The notes: generated by a model from the letters alone, not told the origin. Shown: positions 54,093 to 64,000, counted from the first letter of the stretch. The stretch is DNA of 64,000 bases from an uncultured Planctomycetaceae bacterium (GCA_963833985.1 CAWIAD010000001.1:352001-416000); one strand, 5' to 3'. Made by a program: numbers and translations.

Positions 54093-54968
54093 ATGGCAGA
54101 CCCACGCGAACAACTCCTCGTCACCACCGACTGGCTTGCCGAGCATCTGGACGTCCCCGAAACCCAGGTGGTGGACATCCGGGGCTATGTCGTCACCCGG
54201 CCGCTGGCACCCGGCGTCGAGCATGCCGACTACCGGGGCGCGCAGCAAGAATACCTGGCCGGCCACATCCCCGGGGCCGTTTACATCGACTGGACCCGCG
54301 ACATCATCGATCCCGACGATCCCGTGCCGGTGCAGGTGGCTCCCGCGGAACGATTTGCCGCGGCAATGGCCGAGCGCGGGATCGGTGATCAGACGCATGT
54401 TGTGGCCGTGGACCATTCCGGAGGCCAGTTCGCCACCCGGCTCTGGTGGGCCCTGCGGTACTACGGGCACGATGCCGTGAGCGTGCTGGAAGGCGGCTGG
54501 AACCGCTGGGTCGACGAGGGCCGGCCAATCCAGGACAGCAGTCCAGCGCCGCGGCGGGCCCAGTTCACGCCGCGGGTCCACGGTGCGCTTCGCGTCACCG
54601 CCGCGGAGCTGGCCGCGCGGATGGGCCAGCCGGACCTGCAAGTGATCGACGCCCGCGACGCCGGCCAGTACACAGGGGCGCGCCGCCGGGGCCCGCGCGG
54701 GGGCCACATCCCCGGCGCCTTCAACCTGCCGCGCGAACTATTCTTCGCCCCGGAGGGGGGATTTCTTCCGCTCGACGAGCTCCGCACCCGCGTTGCGCAG
54801 GCCGGGCTTGCTTCGGACCGTCCCCTCGTGGCCTACTGCAACGGCGGAGTCGCCGCCACCGTCGTGCTGTTCAATCTGGCCCGTCTCGGCTACACCCGCC
54901 TCGCCAATTACGATGGCTCCTGGAACGAGTGGGGGGCCAGGGATGACCTGCCGGTGGAGCGATCGTGA
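54093..54968 (+). CDS. Two-domain sulfurtransferase (rhodanese, SseA-like)
   Basis: LVTTDWL, GHIPGA twice, LEGGWNRW, YCNGGVAA, YDGSWNEW. Confidence 0.92.
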   Translation: MADPREQLLVTTDWLAEHLDVPETQVVDIRGYVVTRPLAPGVEHADYRGAQQEYLAGHIPGAVYIDWTRDIIDPDDPVPVQVAPAERFAAAMAERGIGDQTHVVAVDHSGGQFATRLWWALRYYGHDAVSVLEGGWNRWVDEGRPIQDSSPAPRRAQFTPRVHGALRVTAAELAARMGQPDLQVIDARDAGQYTGARRRGPRGGHIPGAFNLPRELFFAPEGGFLPLDELRTRVAQAGLASDRPLVAYCNGGVAATVVLFNLARLGYTRLANYDGSWNEWGARDDLPVERS

Positions 54969-55255
54969 GCGTTCCATTCAACGTTGATTCAGGACCTTCT
55001 CGATCTCGCGGCCGAAGAAAGCCACCCTGAGCTGCTGGAAGGCTGCCTGGGTCATGGTCGATTCCGCGATGCCCATCTCCTGTGTGCGCGTTTTCCTCAA
55101 GAAGAATCCCCGCACACTCGGGATGCCTGACGAGGTTTTCCGGATTTTCTCGAGCTCACTGCCACGCGATTCTTCGGGTTCGGCAGGTTCGCAACCGTTC
55201 TTTGCGGGCATTCAGCAGGTTGACGCGGTCCTGGATTCCCGGGAAGCCGCTCCTT

Positions 55256-55364
55256 GTGGGACACGAATCCCGATCGTGTCACTTCTGCGATCTGATGGAC
55301 CAGGAATGGCACGATCGGAATCGTACCCCGAGAACGGGATGGCACGATCGGAATCGTACCCCAC
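55256..55364. repeat. REP-like cluster: 24-bp direct repeat (55306-55329, 55339-55362) plus a degenerate inverted copy (55256-55281)
   Basis: atggcacgatcggaatcgtacccc twice; gtgggacacgaatcccgatcgtgtca inverted. Confidence 0.75.
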
Positions 55365-55650
55365 GAGGAGAGTGGCCAGGCAGGGCCCTCAGCCCCGGGC
55401 AAGCGAACGGCAATCCTGTCCAAAGACTTTTGCGGAACTGCTTGGCAGTCAGGGCCTCCGGCTGCCTTTCTCGGAAGTATGCAAGCAACGAGCCAGCATG
55501 CTGCGGCAAGCGCCGATACACCTCTCATCCAGGCTCGCTCGCACGTACGGCAATGACCAGGCTCCCGAGATCGAAGTCAAGCGGCAATTCCGGTTCCGCC
55601 GATAACAACGAACGCAGCGAATCGGTTCTGTGTCCGAGGAGTTCCCGGCC

Positions 55651-56268
55651 ATGTCCTGGCGTGCGAGCTTGCTCTGGCTGGCTCTGGGCATGGCGTCAAG
55701 CGGCTGTGCCAGCGTCACCACAAAGATCACGGGTTCGGCCCGGGCCGGGGCCGAGGAGCTGTTGCTCACGGGCACTTCCGATCGGGCCATCTGCTCCATC
55801 GACTTCCGCCCGCTCGCCGGCCGCCATGTGTTCCTCGAGGCTGGTCAGCTCAGCGCGACCGATTCGGGGTGGATCATCTTCACGCTCCGCCGCGCGATGG
55901 CCCGCGAGGGCGTGCTTTTGGTCGGCGACAAGAAAGACGCGCAGATCGTCGTCGAGGCGGCCGTCGCCGCCTATGGAACCGATGAGGTTGATTGCCGGGT
56001 TTCTCTCCCCAGCACGCTGCCGCTGGGGATGATGCCCATCTCCACCGGCACGTCGGCAACCGGCGGCCTGATCCAGAAGAACCGGCAGGATGCCGTCGTC
56101 AAGCTGGCGCTTTTTGCCTATGACGCGAAGTCCGGACATCTTGTCTGGGAATCCGGCGATGTGATCGAATTCGGCCGGCTCTACCGCCGATTCACTGGCA
56201 CCAGCAACATCAGCCGCGAGACCTCGGAACCCGAGCTGGAGGCCTATCCACCGCGAGGCCTTCCCTGA
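55651..56268 (+). CDS. Putative lipoprotein (planctomycete hypothetical)
   Basis: Lipobox-like ASSGC; RAGAEELLL, AVVKLALFAYD. Confidence 0.65.
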   Translation: MSWRASLLWLALGMASSGCASVTTKITGSARAGAEELLLTGTSDRAICSIDFRPLAGRHVFLEAGQLSATDSGWIIFTLRRAMAREGVLLVGDKKDAQIVVEAAVAAYGTDEVDCRVSLPSTLPLGMMPISTGTSATGGLIQKNRQDAVVKLALFAYDAKSGHLVWESGDVIEFGRLYRRFTGTSNISRETSEPELEAYPPRGLP

Positions 56269-56316
56269 TCGTGACCGAACCGAATGCCGCCCGATCTCCG
56301 CCCGCCACCTACAATC

Positions 56317-56535
56317 GACAGGCAAGAATGCCTGTCCTCCTAGCCTCTCCACTGCCCACTGCCGCCCTGGTGGGCCTCGCCTGCGGCTCGACCCACCCTA
56401 CAAACTGCCGACTGCCTACTGCCCACTGCCGCCTGCCCACTTCCGCCCTGGTGGGCCTCGCCTGCGGCTCGACCCACCCTACAAACTGCCTACTTCCGCC
56501 TGCCCACTTCCGCCTGCCCACTGCCCACTGCCTAC
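56317..56535. repeat. Composite intergenic repeat: two 48-bp REP-containing units (56362-56409, 56443-56490) among CTGCC(C/T)A heptamer runs
   Basis: ccgccctggtgggcctcgcctgcggctcgacccaccctacaaactgcc twice; a half-site related to the 24828 family at 56317-56340. Confidence 0.85.
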
Positions 56536-57815
56536 CGCTCATCAATCGGCACATAATCGACTTCCTGCGGCCCCATATAAAGCTGGCGAGGACGGGCGAT
56601 CTTGTTAGTCGGATCCGCGTTCTGCTCTTTCCAGTGGGCGATCCAGCCGGGCATCCGGCCGATGGCGAAGATGACGGTGAACATGTTTCGCGGTATGCCC
56701 AGCGCCCGCATCATGATGCCGTTATAGAAATCGGCATTGGGGAAAAGGCGGTGGTCCACGAAGTAGGCATCCTTGAGCGCCTGTTCTTCCAGCCGTAATG
56801 CGACGTCGAGCAGCGGGTCGTGGCTCCCCAGCCGGTCAAGCAGCTTGATCGCGGCATCCTTGAGGATGGCCGCGCGGGGGTCGATCTGCTTGTAGAGCCG
56901 GTGACCGAAGCCCTTGAGCCGGAACCCGCTCTTGCTGTCCCTGGCAAGGGCGAGCGTCTGGTCGATGGTCATATCGGCACGCTCGATGGCCTCGAGCATC
57001 TCGACGACGGCGATCGTGGCGCCGCCGTGCACCGGCCCCCAGAGCGAGCAGATTCCCGCGGCGCACGATGCGAACAGGTTCGCGCGGCTGGAGCCGACGA
57101 TCCGGACCGTGGTCGTGCTGCACCCCAGCTCATGGTCGGCGTGCAGGATGAGCACCAGGTTGAGCGCCTCGACGATCTCGGGCGGGGCGATGTGCTCGGC
57201 CAGCGGCTGCGAGAACAGCATGTGCAGGAAATCGCCGGCGTACGATAGCTTGGGATCCGGGTAGACCAGCGGATAGCCCATCGACCGGCGATAGGAATAC
57301 GCCGCGATGGTCCGGGTCTTGCTCAGGAGCCAGGCCGCTTCCTCGTCGAACTCCTCGCCGCCGGTCCCCTGGAGTCGCGGGTAGAAACAGGCCAGGGTGT
57401 TGACCATGGAAGAGAGCATCGCCATGGGCGGCGCGTTGACCGGAAAACCCTCGAAGTGGTGCTTGAACGATTCATGCAGAGACGCGTTGGCTGACACCTG
57501 GGCGCTGAACCGGGTCAACTCCCGCTCGGGCGGCAGCTTGCCATAGATCAGCAAGTAGCTGGTCTCGACGAAATTCGAGTACCTGGCAAGCTGCTCGATG
57601 GGAATGCCGCGATAGCGCAGGATCCCGTTCTCGCCATCCACGTAGGTGATGCCGCTCTCGCAGATCCCGGTGTTGGCGAAACCGGGATCCAGCGTGATCA
57701 GCCCCATGCTGGAGCGCAGGGACGAGATGTCGACGGCCAGCTCACCCTCCGCGCCCTCGACCAGCGGCAGATCGATCGTCTTCTCGCCAAAGCGAAGCTT
57801 CGCGGTACGCCCCAT
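56532..57815 (-). CDS. gltA: Citrate synthase
   Basis: TLDPGFANT, GILRYRG, LHADHE, LWGPVHGGA, GFGHRLYK, PNADFY, GRMPGWIAHW. Confidence 0.93.
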   Translation of the reverse strand: MGRTAKLRFGEKTIDLPLVEGAEGELAVDISSLRSSMGLITLDPGFANTGICESGITYVDGENGILRYRGIPIEQLARYSNFVETSYLLIYGKLPPERELTRFSAQVSANASLHESFKHHFEGFPVNAPPMAMLSSMVNTLACFYPRLQGTGGEEFDEEAAWLLSKTRTIAAYSYRRSMGYPLVYPDPKLSYAGDFLHMLFSQPLAEHIAPPEIVEALNLVLILHADHELGCSTTTVRIVGSSRANLFASCAAGICSLWGPVHGGATIAVVEMLEAIERADMTIDQTLALARDSKSGFRLKGFGHRLYKQIDPRAAILKDAAIKLLDRLGSHDPLLDVALRLEEQALKDAYFVDHRLFPNADFYNGIMMRALGIPRNMFTVIFAIGRMPGWIAHWKEQNADPTNKIARPRQLYMGPQEVDYVPIDER

Positions 57816-58221
57816 GGATCTGCGTCCCCCGTCAGGACAGGTGCTGGGAGTTCGTCAGACCGCAATTATACAGGCGATCCGGCGCGGAAAACCAAGGGGC
57901 CGCGATTCCACCGCGGCCGATTCCCTTCCACGCGCGGAAGCAACGCGGAACGCCAGACCCGCGAGGCCAGCAACCCGCCCCTTGGGAAAGGTGGAATCGG
58001 ACCCGGCCATGGGTGCGAGGCTCTTGTCGCTTTCCCGGGCAGAACATAGCTTATACATCTTCGCCGTCTGTGAGCGCTCCGCGTCGGCAGGCCTGCGGGA
58101 ATGGGCCGCGACGCGGGACGAGGGGATGGCGATTCGGTTCCGCCTGCATTGGCTGGACCCCTGCCGTCTGTACCAGGGCGGGTTGCCGGCCCAACCGATC
58201 GAACTGGAGGGAGAATCGCGC

Positions 58222-58857
58222 ATGCGTCCACATGATCCCAGTGATGACGGCGGGCCTCCGGTCCCGAGCCGTCGCGACTTCCTGCGGGGGTCGGGCCTGG
58301 CGGCGGCCTCCGCCGTCCTGACCGGCAGCGCCCAGGCCGCTGTCGAGGAAACCGCCTCGATCCAGGAGGCCGCCCCGAAGATCGTCTCGGGCGAGGTGGA
58401 GATCACGCTGAAGATCAATGGCCAGGAGCGCACGGTCAAGCTCGAGCCGCGCACGACCCTGCTGGACGCGCTGCGGAACCGTCTCGATGTGACGGGTCCC
58501 AAGCGGGTCTGCGACCGGGCAAGCTGCGGCGCCTGCACCACTATTGTCGACGGTGCCACCGTTTATTCCTGCACCACGCTGGCGGTCACCTGCCAGGGCA
58601 AGACAATCGAGACCCTGGAGAGCTTCGAGACCGGCGAACACGGCGTGCCCCACGCGTTCCACCAGAATGACGGGCTCATGTGCGGCTACTGCACGCCGGG
58701 GTTTGTGACCGCCTGCAAGGCCATGCTCGACAAGAACCCCAACCCGACGCTCGAGGAGGTCCGGAAGGGGCTCGACGGCAACATCTGCCGGTGCGGCACT
58801 TACATTGGCGTCCTCCAGGCGGCCCTCGACGCGGCCAAAGCGATGAAAGGAGCCTGA
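58222..58857 (+). CDS. Xanthine dehydrogenase-family 2Fe-2S subunit with Tat signal
   Basis: SRRDFLRG; CDRASCGACT, CGYCTPG, GNICRCG; GGAGGG RBS. Confidence 0.92.
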   Translation: MRPHDPSDDGGPPVPSRRDFLRGSGLAAASAVLTGSAQAAVEETASIQEAAPKIVSGEVEITLKINGQERTVKLEPRTTLLDALRNRLDVTGPKRVCDRASCGACTTIVDGATVYSCTTLAVTCQGKTIETLESFETGEHGVPHAFHQNDGLMCGYCTPGFVTACKAMLDKNPNPTLEEVRKGLDGNICRCGTYIGVLQAALDAAKAMKGA

Positions 58858-58860
58858 GCT

Positions 58861-61005
58861 ATGGCCCTCACCTGGCCCGAGAATCCCCGCTTGATTGGCA
58901 CCCGGATCACCCGGCTTGATGGCCTGGCCAAGGCATCCGGCCGCGCCAGGTATCCCAGCGACGAACGTCCCGAGGGGACCCTGTTCGCGGTGATGCTGTA
59001 CAGCCCGCACGCGCATGCCAAGATCAAGTCCATCGACATCTCCGCCGCCGAGAAGATGCCCGGAGTGAAAGCGGTGAAGGTGATCGCCGAGGCAGAGGCG
59101 ACCCTCCGCTACCAGGGCGACGATATCGCCGCCGTGGCCGCCGAGACCGAGGAGCAAGCGCGTGACGCCGTCCGCGCCATCAAGGTCACGTACGAGGTGC
59201 TGCCGCACGTCGTCACCGAGCAACAGGCGATGGCCCCGGATGCTCCCAAGGTGTTCTCCGGAGGCAACGTCCGCAAGGGCCGGGCCCAGACCAAGGGGAA
59301 GGCCGAGGACGACATCGGCAAGGCCGAGGTGGTCATCGAGGGCACTTACAGCGTCCCGGTCATCACCCATGTCTGCCTGGAGTCTCACGGACTGACCGCG
59401 AAGTGGGACGGGCCGGACAAGCTGACGGTCTGGTCAAGTACCCAGGCCGTGCAGGTGGTTGCCGGCGAGCTCGCCGAGGCGCTGAGCATCCCGGTGGCGA
59501 ACGTCACCGTGCTCACCGAGTACATGGGCGGCGGGTTCGGCTCCAAGTTCGGGGCCGACGTCTGGGGCCGCACCGCGGCCGAGCTGGCCAAGCAAGCGGG
59601 CCGGCCGGTGAAGCTCTTCCTCGACCGCGTGCAGGAGCATCTCGCGGCGGGCAACCGTCCCAGCGCGACGGCCCGTATCAAGCTGGGAGCGAACAAGGAC
59701 GGCAAGCTCGTGGCGATGATCGCCGAGACCCACGGTACCGGCGGTGCACGGGGCGGATCCAACTTCCCCCTTCCTTATGTCTACGATGTGCCGGCCGCGT
59801 CGCGTACGCACAATGAGGTTTTTGTCAACTGCGGCGGCGCCCGGGCGATGCGTGCTCCAGGCCATCCCCAGGGCTGCGCGCTCATGGAAGCGGCCATGGA
59901 CGACCTGGCCGACAAGCTGGGCATGGACCCGCTCGAGTTCCGGCTCAAGAACCTGGGCGAGGGCGACTTCCGCACGCCGCTCTACCAGGGTGAGGTGAAG
60001 ATGGGCGCCGAGCTCATCGGCTGGCGCGAGAAGCGCAAGCCGCGTGGCCAGAACGGCGGCGGGCCCATCCGCCACGGCCTGGGCATGGCCCTGCACCAGT
60101 GGGGAGGCGGCGGCACCCGCGACAAGAAGGTGAGCTGCACGATCAACCCTGACGGCTCGGTCGAGCTCAAGGCGGCCACCCAGGACATCGGCACGGGCGC
60201 CCGCACGATCCTGGCGATCATCGCGGCCGAAGTGCTGGGGCTCAAGCCCACCGACATCATCTCGAACATCGGCAACTCGTCGTTTCCGCCGGGGCAGCCC
60301 TCGGGCGGATCGACCACCAGCCCGTCGATGGCGCCACCCTGCCTGGACGCCGTCACGAAGGCCCGCGACGCGATGTTCCAGAAGATCGCCGCCAGCGTGC
60401 AGGCCGCGCCCGCGGACCTTCAGCTCAAGGACGGCCAGTTGCTGGTGAAGGGCCAGCCGGCCATGGGCTGGAAGGACGCCTGCCGCAAGCTGCGCATGAC
60501 GTCGGTCACCGAGACCGGCAACGCCGAGGAAGGGCTGGCGGCCTCCGGCGTGGGCGGCTGCCAGTTCGCCGAGGTGACCGTCGATATCGAGACCGGCGTG
60601 GTCCGGGTCAAGAAGATGGTGGCCATTCAGGATTCGGGCCTGATCATCGACAAGCTCACCTGGGAGAGCCAGGTCTACGGCGGAGTGATCATGGGGCTGA
60701 ACTACGGCCTCTTCGAAGAACGGATCATGGATCCGCAAACCGGCGTGATGCTCAACCCCGACATGGAGCTCTACAAGCTGGCAGGCGCCTCGGACATTCC
60801 GGAGATCGTCGTCCGGGCTTACGAGCCGCCCGATCAGAAGGCGCGAGGCGTGATCGGCGTGGGCGAGCCGCCCACGATCGCGACCGCGGCCGCCATTGCC
60901 AACGCGGTGACCAACGCCATCGGCGTGCGTGTTCCCGAGTGGCCGATGACTCCACGGAACGTACTGAACGCCCTGGCCACGGCCTCCAAAGAAGGGAGGG
61001 CATGA
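58861..61005 (+). CDS. Xanthine dehydrogenase-family molybdopterin-binding subunit
   Basis: SPHAHAKI, MGGGFGSK, MRAPG, QDIGTG, QVYGG, GVGEP. Confidence 0.93.
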   Translation: MALTWPENPRLIGTRITRLDGLAKASGRARYPSDERPEGTLFAVMLYSPHAHAKIKSIDISAAEKMPGVKAVKVIAEAEATLRYQGDDIAAVAAETEEQARDAVRAIKVTYEVLPHVVTEQQAMAPDAPKVFSGGNVRKGRAQTKGKAEDDIGKAEVVIEGTYSVPVITHVCLESHGLTAKWDGPDKLTVWSSTQAVQVVAGELAEALSIPVANVTVLTEYMGGGFGSKFGADVWGRTAAELAKQAGRPVKLFLDRVQEHLAAGNRPSATARIKLGANKDGKLVAMIAETHGTGGARGGSNFPLPYVYDVPAASRTHNEVFVNCGGARAMRAPGHPQGCALMEAAMDDLADKLGMDPLEFRLKNLGEGDFRTPLYQGEVKMGAELIGWREKRKPRGQNGGGPIRHGLGMALHQWGGGGTRDKKVSCTINPDGSVELKAATQDIGTGARTILAIIAAEVLGLKPTDIISNIGNSSFPPGQPSGGSTTSPSMAPPCLDAVTKARDAMFQKIAASVQAAPADLQLKDGQLLVKGQPAMGWKDACRKLRMTSVTETGNAEEGLAASGVGGCQFAEVTVDIETGVVRVKKMVAIQDSGLIIDKLTWESQVYGGVIMGLNYGLFEERIMDPQTGVMLNPDMELYKLAGASDIPEIVVRAYEPPDQKARGVIGVGEPPTIATAAAIANAVTNAIGVRVPEWPMTPRNVLNALATASKEGRA

Positions 61006-61010
61006 TCCTC

Positions 61011-61995
61011 ATGAATGCTTTCGACTTCGCCGCCCCCACCACCGCCGACGAGGCCGTCAAGCTGCTGGACGGCCCGAACACGGCGGCCCTCGCCGGCGGG
61101 ACTGACCTCCTGAGCCGGATCAAGGACCAGGTGAGCACGCCTCAGCGCGTGGTCTACCTGAAGGACATCAAGGCGTGCGCCGGTATCTCCGGCGACGCCG
61201 GCTCGGGAGTGACCATCGGCTCGGGAACGCTGCTGGCCGCCATCGTCGAGCACAAGGACCTGCGCGGCCTACCCTGCGCTCTGGCAGTCGACCTTCGAGG
61301 TCGGCACTCCGCAGATCCGCAACATGGCCACACTGGGCGGCAACCTGCTCCAGCGGCCGCGCTGCTGGTACTTCCGCTCCGGCAACGGGCTGCTCGGCAT
61401 GAAGGACGGCAAGAGCCTGGTCCGCACGGGCGATAACCGCTACCACGCCATCTTCCTGACCGAGGGCGATGCCCTCTACGTCAACCCCTCCAGCCTGGCC
61501 GTCCCGCTCATCGCCCTGGGGGCCACGGCGACCATCAAGGGGCCCAGGGGGGAGCGGACCGTCCCGGTGGAGGCGCTTTACCAGGTTCCGAAGACCGACC
61601 AGGAACGAGAGCTGACCGTCGCACCCGGCGAGCTCCTCACAAAAGTGATGATTCCGCCGGCCCGGGGGAAGAACGCGTCCTACGAGGTGCGCCAGAAGCA
61701 GGCGCATGACTGGCCCCTGGTGCTCGCCTCGGTGCACCTGAACCTGGACGGCGAGCGGGTCTCGGCGGCCCGGGTGGTGGTCTACGGCGTGGCCCCCGTT
61801 CCCTGGAGGAGCAGCGACGCGGAGAAGGCCATCACCGGCAAGCCGGTCACCACCGAGACGGCCTCGGCCGCCGGCGAGGCGGCGACCGCGAGCGCCAGGC
61901 CGCTGTCGATGAACGCCTACAAGGTGGGTCTCACGAAGACCGCGGTCAAGCGTGCGCTGCTGGCCGCCGTGGACAAGCGGTACTGGGAGTATTGA
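61011..61995 (+). CDS. Xanthine dehydrogenase-family FAD-binding subunit; frameshift near 61270
   Basis: LAGGTDLL, PQIRNMATLGGNLLQRPRCWYFR, GVAPVPWR, PLSMNAYKV. Confidence 0.9.
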
Positions 61996-61997
61996 CC

Positions 61998-62225
61998 ATG
62001 GCCAGCCCTGATTCGACCAGCCTGCCGGTCGCCACACCCTGCCACCATCTCCGCAACAAGGGGATGTACGTTTACAGCGACGGCCAGGGCCGCGACGTCC
62101 ATGAAGACTACGACAACACCATCTACTGGTGCATGAAAACCATGAAGGAGTTCGGGCCGGACGACGAGCAGGTCGCCGGTCACGACTGCCGCAACCCGGA
62201 GCGAACCTGCTACGAGCCGATCTGA
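61998..62225 (+). CDS. Small Cys-rich hypothetical protein closing the XDH operon
   Basis: PCHHLRNKGMY...YWCMKT...FGPDD...CRNPERTCYE; starts 2 nt after the FAD-subunit stop. Confidence 0.72.
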   Translation: MASPDSTSLPVATPCHHLRNKGMYVYSDGQGRDVHEDYDNTIYWCMKTMKEFGPDDEQVAGHDCRNPERTCYEPI

Positions 62226-62310
62226 TCCGCTCGAATCCCGACCGAGCCTGGCCGATCCGATCAGGCAGCTATGTGGACGGCTTCAAGCTCCTGGCCACTC
62301 TTTTCATGAG

Positions 62311-62350
62311 CCCCGGTTCCGGCCCGTCGCCGCAACCGGGGTTTTTTTTT
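62311..62350 (+). terminator. Intrinsic terminator of the XDH operon
   Basis: ccccggtt...aaccgggg stem followed by T9. Confidence 0.85.
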
Positions 62351-62688
62351 GGTGCGCCCGGCGGACGCGCCACGGTTGCCCGGCGGCATCGGGCCGGCGG
62401 GTCACTGCTCGACTTCGACCTTGATGAGAGGTGTGCGGCGCGGCGCGATGCGCGGCCGGGACACGCCCGCCAAAGGGTCCGCCAGGGCCGGCACAACCGC
62501 CAGAGTCCACGGCCACCTGGAGTGAGTGTATGAAAACCCCAGAGAGACTCGATTTTCTTCACGAATCCGTCTTGATGTCGAAGGCTCGAAACGGCATTCT
62601 AATATGCGTCGTTATCCTGGTTGGAGATGACGACAGCTCATTTCCATCTGGACACTTCCCGATCTGATCCAAGAAGGAGTGACGAATC

Positions 62689-62817
62689 ATGGGTGACGCA
62701 CGCGACACCGCGAAGAAAAAGAAGGCCGACGAGAAGAAGGGCAGCAAGACCGCCAAGGCGCCCGCCGCCAAGCCGGCCGCCGAAGCGAAGCCGGCCGCCA
62801 AGGCGGGCAAGAAGTAA
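62689..62817 (+). CDS. 42-aa Lys/Ala-rich small basic protein
   Basis: AAGGAG RBS; MGDARDTAKKKKADEKKGSKTAKAPAAKPAAEAKPAAKAGKK*; most third codon positions G/C. Confidence 0.7.
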   Translation: MGDARDTAKKKKADEKKGSKTAKAPAAKPAAEAKPAAKAGKK

Positions 62818-62913
62818 GGCTGATCGAGCGTTGATCATCCGAATTCGGGCAGGCGGCCGTCATGGCGTTGCAGAGCGTGCCGGCCGCGGCCCGGTTCGCA
62901 GCCGAGGAAACCG

Positions 62914-64000
62914 TCATCGCTTCTTGATCTCCGGGATCGCTCGCTCCGGCTGGCGCCACTCCCGCCGGGTGTCTTCTTCAGTCTCCAGACAGTCGCGGGC
63001 CGCATCCAGGCTGCGTGCCGTCAGTGCCACGGTGAACGGGTGAGAAGGCACGGCGAATTGCTCATCGGAAAGCTGCCAGGCCAGCAGCAGTGCCGACCTG
63101 GCCAGGGCCGCTTCGCCCCCGCTGCTCCAGAACCAGTGCATCCAGAGCAGCATCCGGCGGTAGAGCTCGAGCCGGTGAATGATCCTGTGCTCGAAGAGGA
63201 ACCGGAAGGCCCCTGAATCGCGCTTCGGGTCGGCGGCGACCCGCCCTTCTCGCAAAACGATCTCCTCGGCCATCTCGAAGGTCAGCGGCGAGCGGTCCAG
63301 CCAGGTGGGGCATGCGCTCAGGACCTCGTCAGCCTCCGGCGCAGATCCCGGCCCTCCGGCGGTTCCGCCCCGCCGTCCATGGCCGGAGCCGGGAACGGTG
63401 CTGGCTGGAACCGGTTCCCGAGCGTCTTCTCCAGCCACTCCAGTACGGTCGGCGGCGTATCCGGACCGCTGAGCCAGAAGGTGCCGGCAAGCAGCCTCAG
63501 CGCGAGCTCGCGGTCGCCCGCGATTCCCAGGCTTCCTGCCTCCTGATGTGCCCCTTGCAGCAAGCCTCGGCCGCCCTCCGCGCTGGTCTCTACCTGGCCC
63601 AGCACGCCGGTGATTCCACGCTCCACATCGCAGAGGAACATCGCCGTCGCAGGACCATTCCAGCGTGTCGCCGAGAGCACGATCGAGGCGCGCCCGGCCC
63701 CATCGACGGCAGTCACCAGGCAATCGACCAGGTGGGGCCGATCCACCTCGTCAGACCGGACCAGGACGCCTGGCGGACGCACGCGTGCCCGGGCCGCCAT
63801 GGCGGCGGTTCGGGTCTGGAGGTCCGGCGAAGCGGCCAGAAGCTCCAGTAGCCGGATCACGCCCTCGCCCCGCGGCACGGCGGTGAGACCCTCGATCAGC
63901 TTGACCCTGGTCTCGACGTCAACCGCTTCGAGCCCCTCGCAGGCCTGCCGGCAATCCTCGGGGCTGCGCTCCAGGTCGGCAGCCAGCTCTTCCAGGGAGA
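62914..64000 (-). CDS. Hypothetical protein, 5' end outside the window; frameshift near 63330-63400
   Basis: Protein-like segments in ORFs 63318-63878 (CLVTAVDGAGR) and 62914-63723 (LELYRRMLLWM, HPFTVALTARSL). Confidence 0.6.

Noticed and set aside
55306..55362. Mini CRISPR array
   Set aside because: Two 24-bp copies with a 9-bp gap fit a REP arm duplication.
56362..56490. CRISPR array (48-bp repeats, 33-bp spacer)
   Set aside because: Only two units, the spacer is heptamer microsatellite, and there are no cas genes.
57646..58221. N-terminal extension of the 2Fe-2S subunit
   Set aside because: Overlaps gltA antisense; the RBS and Tat motif place the start at 58222.

Overview
High-GC bacterial DNA, very likely a planctomycete of the Isosphaeraceae type. 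This is inferred from ECF sigma/Ser-Thr kinase pairs, 'E-x-(L/V)-E-x-R-x-(L/M)-L-S' export motifs, Uma2, and an ISAzo13/Rhodopirellula-type transposase. It holds about 45 genes: two ECF sigma + Ser/Thr kinase pairs, an FN3-repeat calpain-like protease, a SemiSWEET/glucan-active enzyme/GH3 cluster, FGGY kinase, dtd, alpha-2-macroglobulin, oxidoreductases, pabB-pabC-Nif3, rhodanese, citrate synthase and a Tat-exported xanthine dehydrogenase-family operon. Roughly 15-18 frameshifts fall in otherwise normal genes. Several are single-base losses in short G/C runs and are most likely sequencing errors. The most notable structure is a 3.2 kb integrase-less module (34200-37382) bracketed by a 92-bp duplication of the 3' end of the upstream gene. 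It carries a coupled gene pair whose first gene is split by a complete ISAzo13-family IS (35140-36492, TTA target duplication). Also present are several REP-like palindrome families, a junction of two gene remnants, and small ORFs below the track's size cut-off. No rRNA, tRNA or CRISPR array was found. All calls are by eye; no database searches were run.
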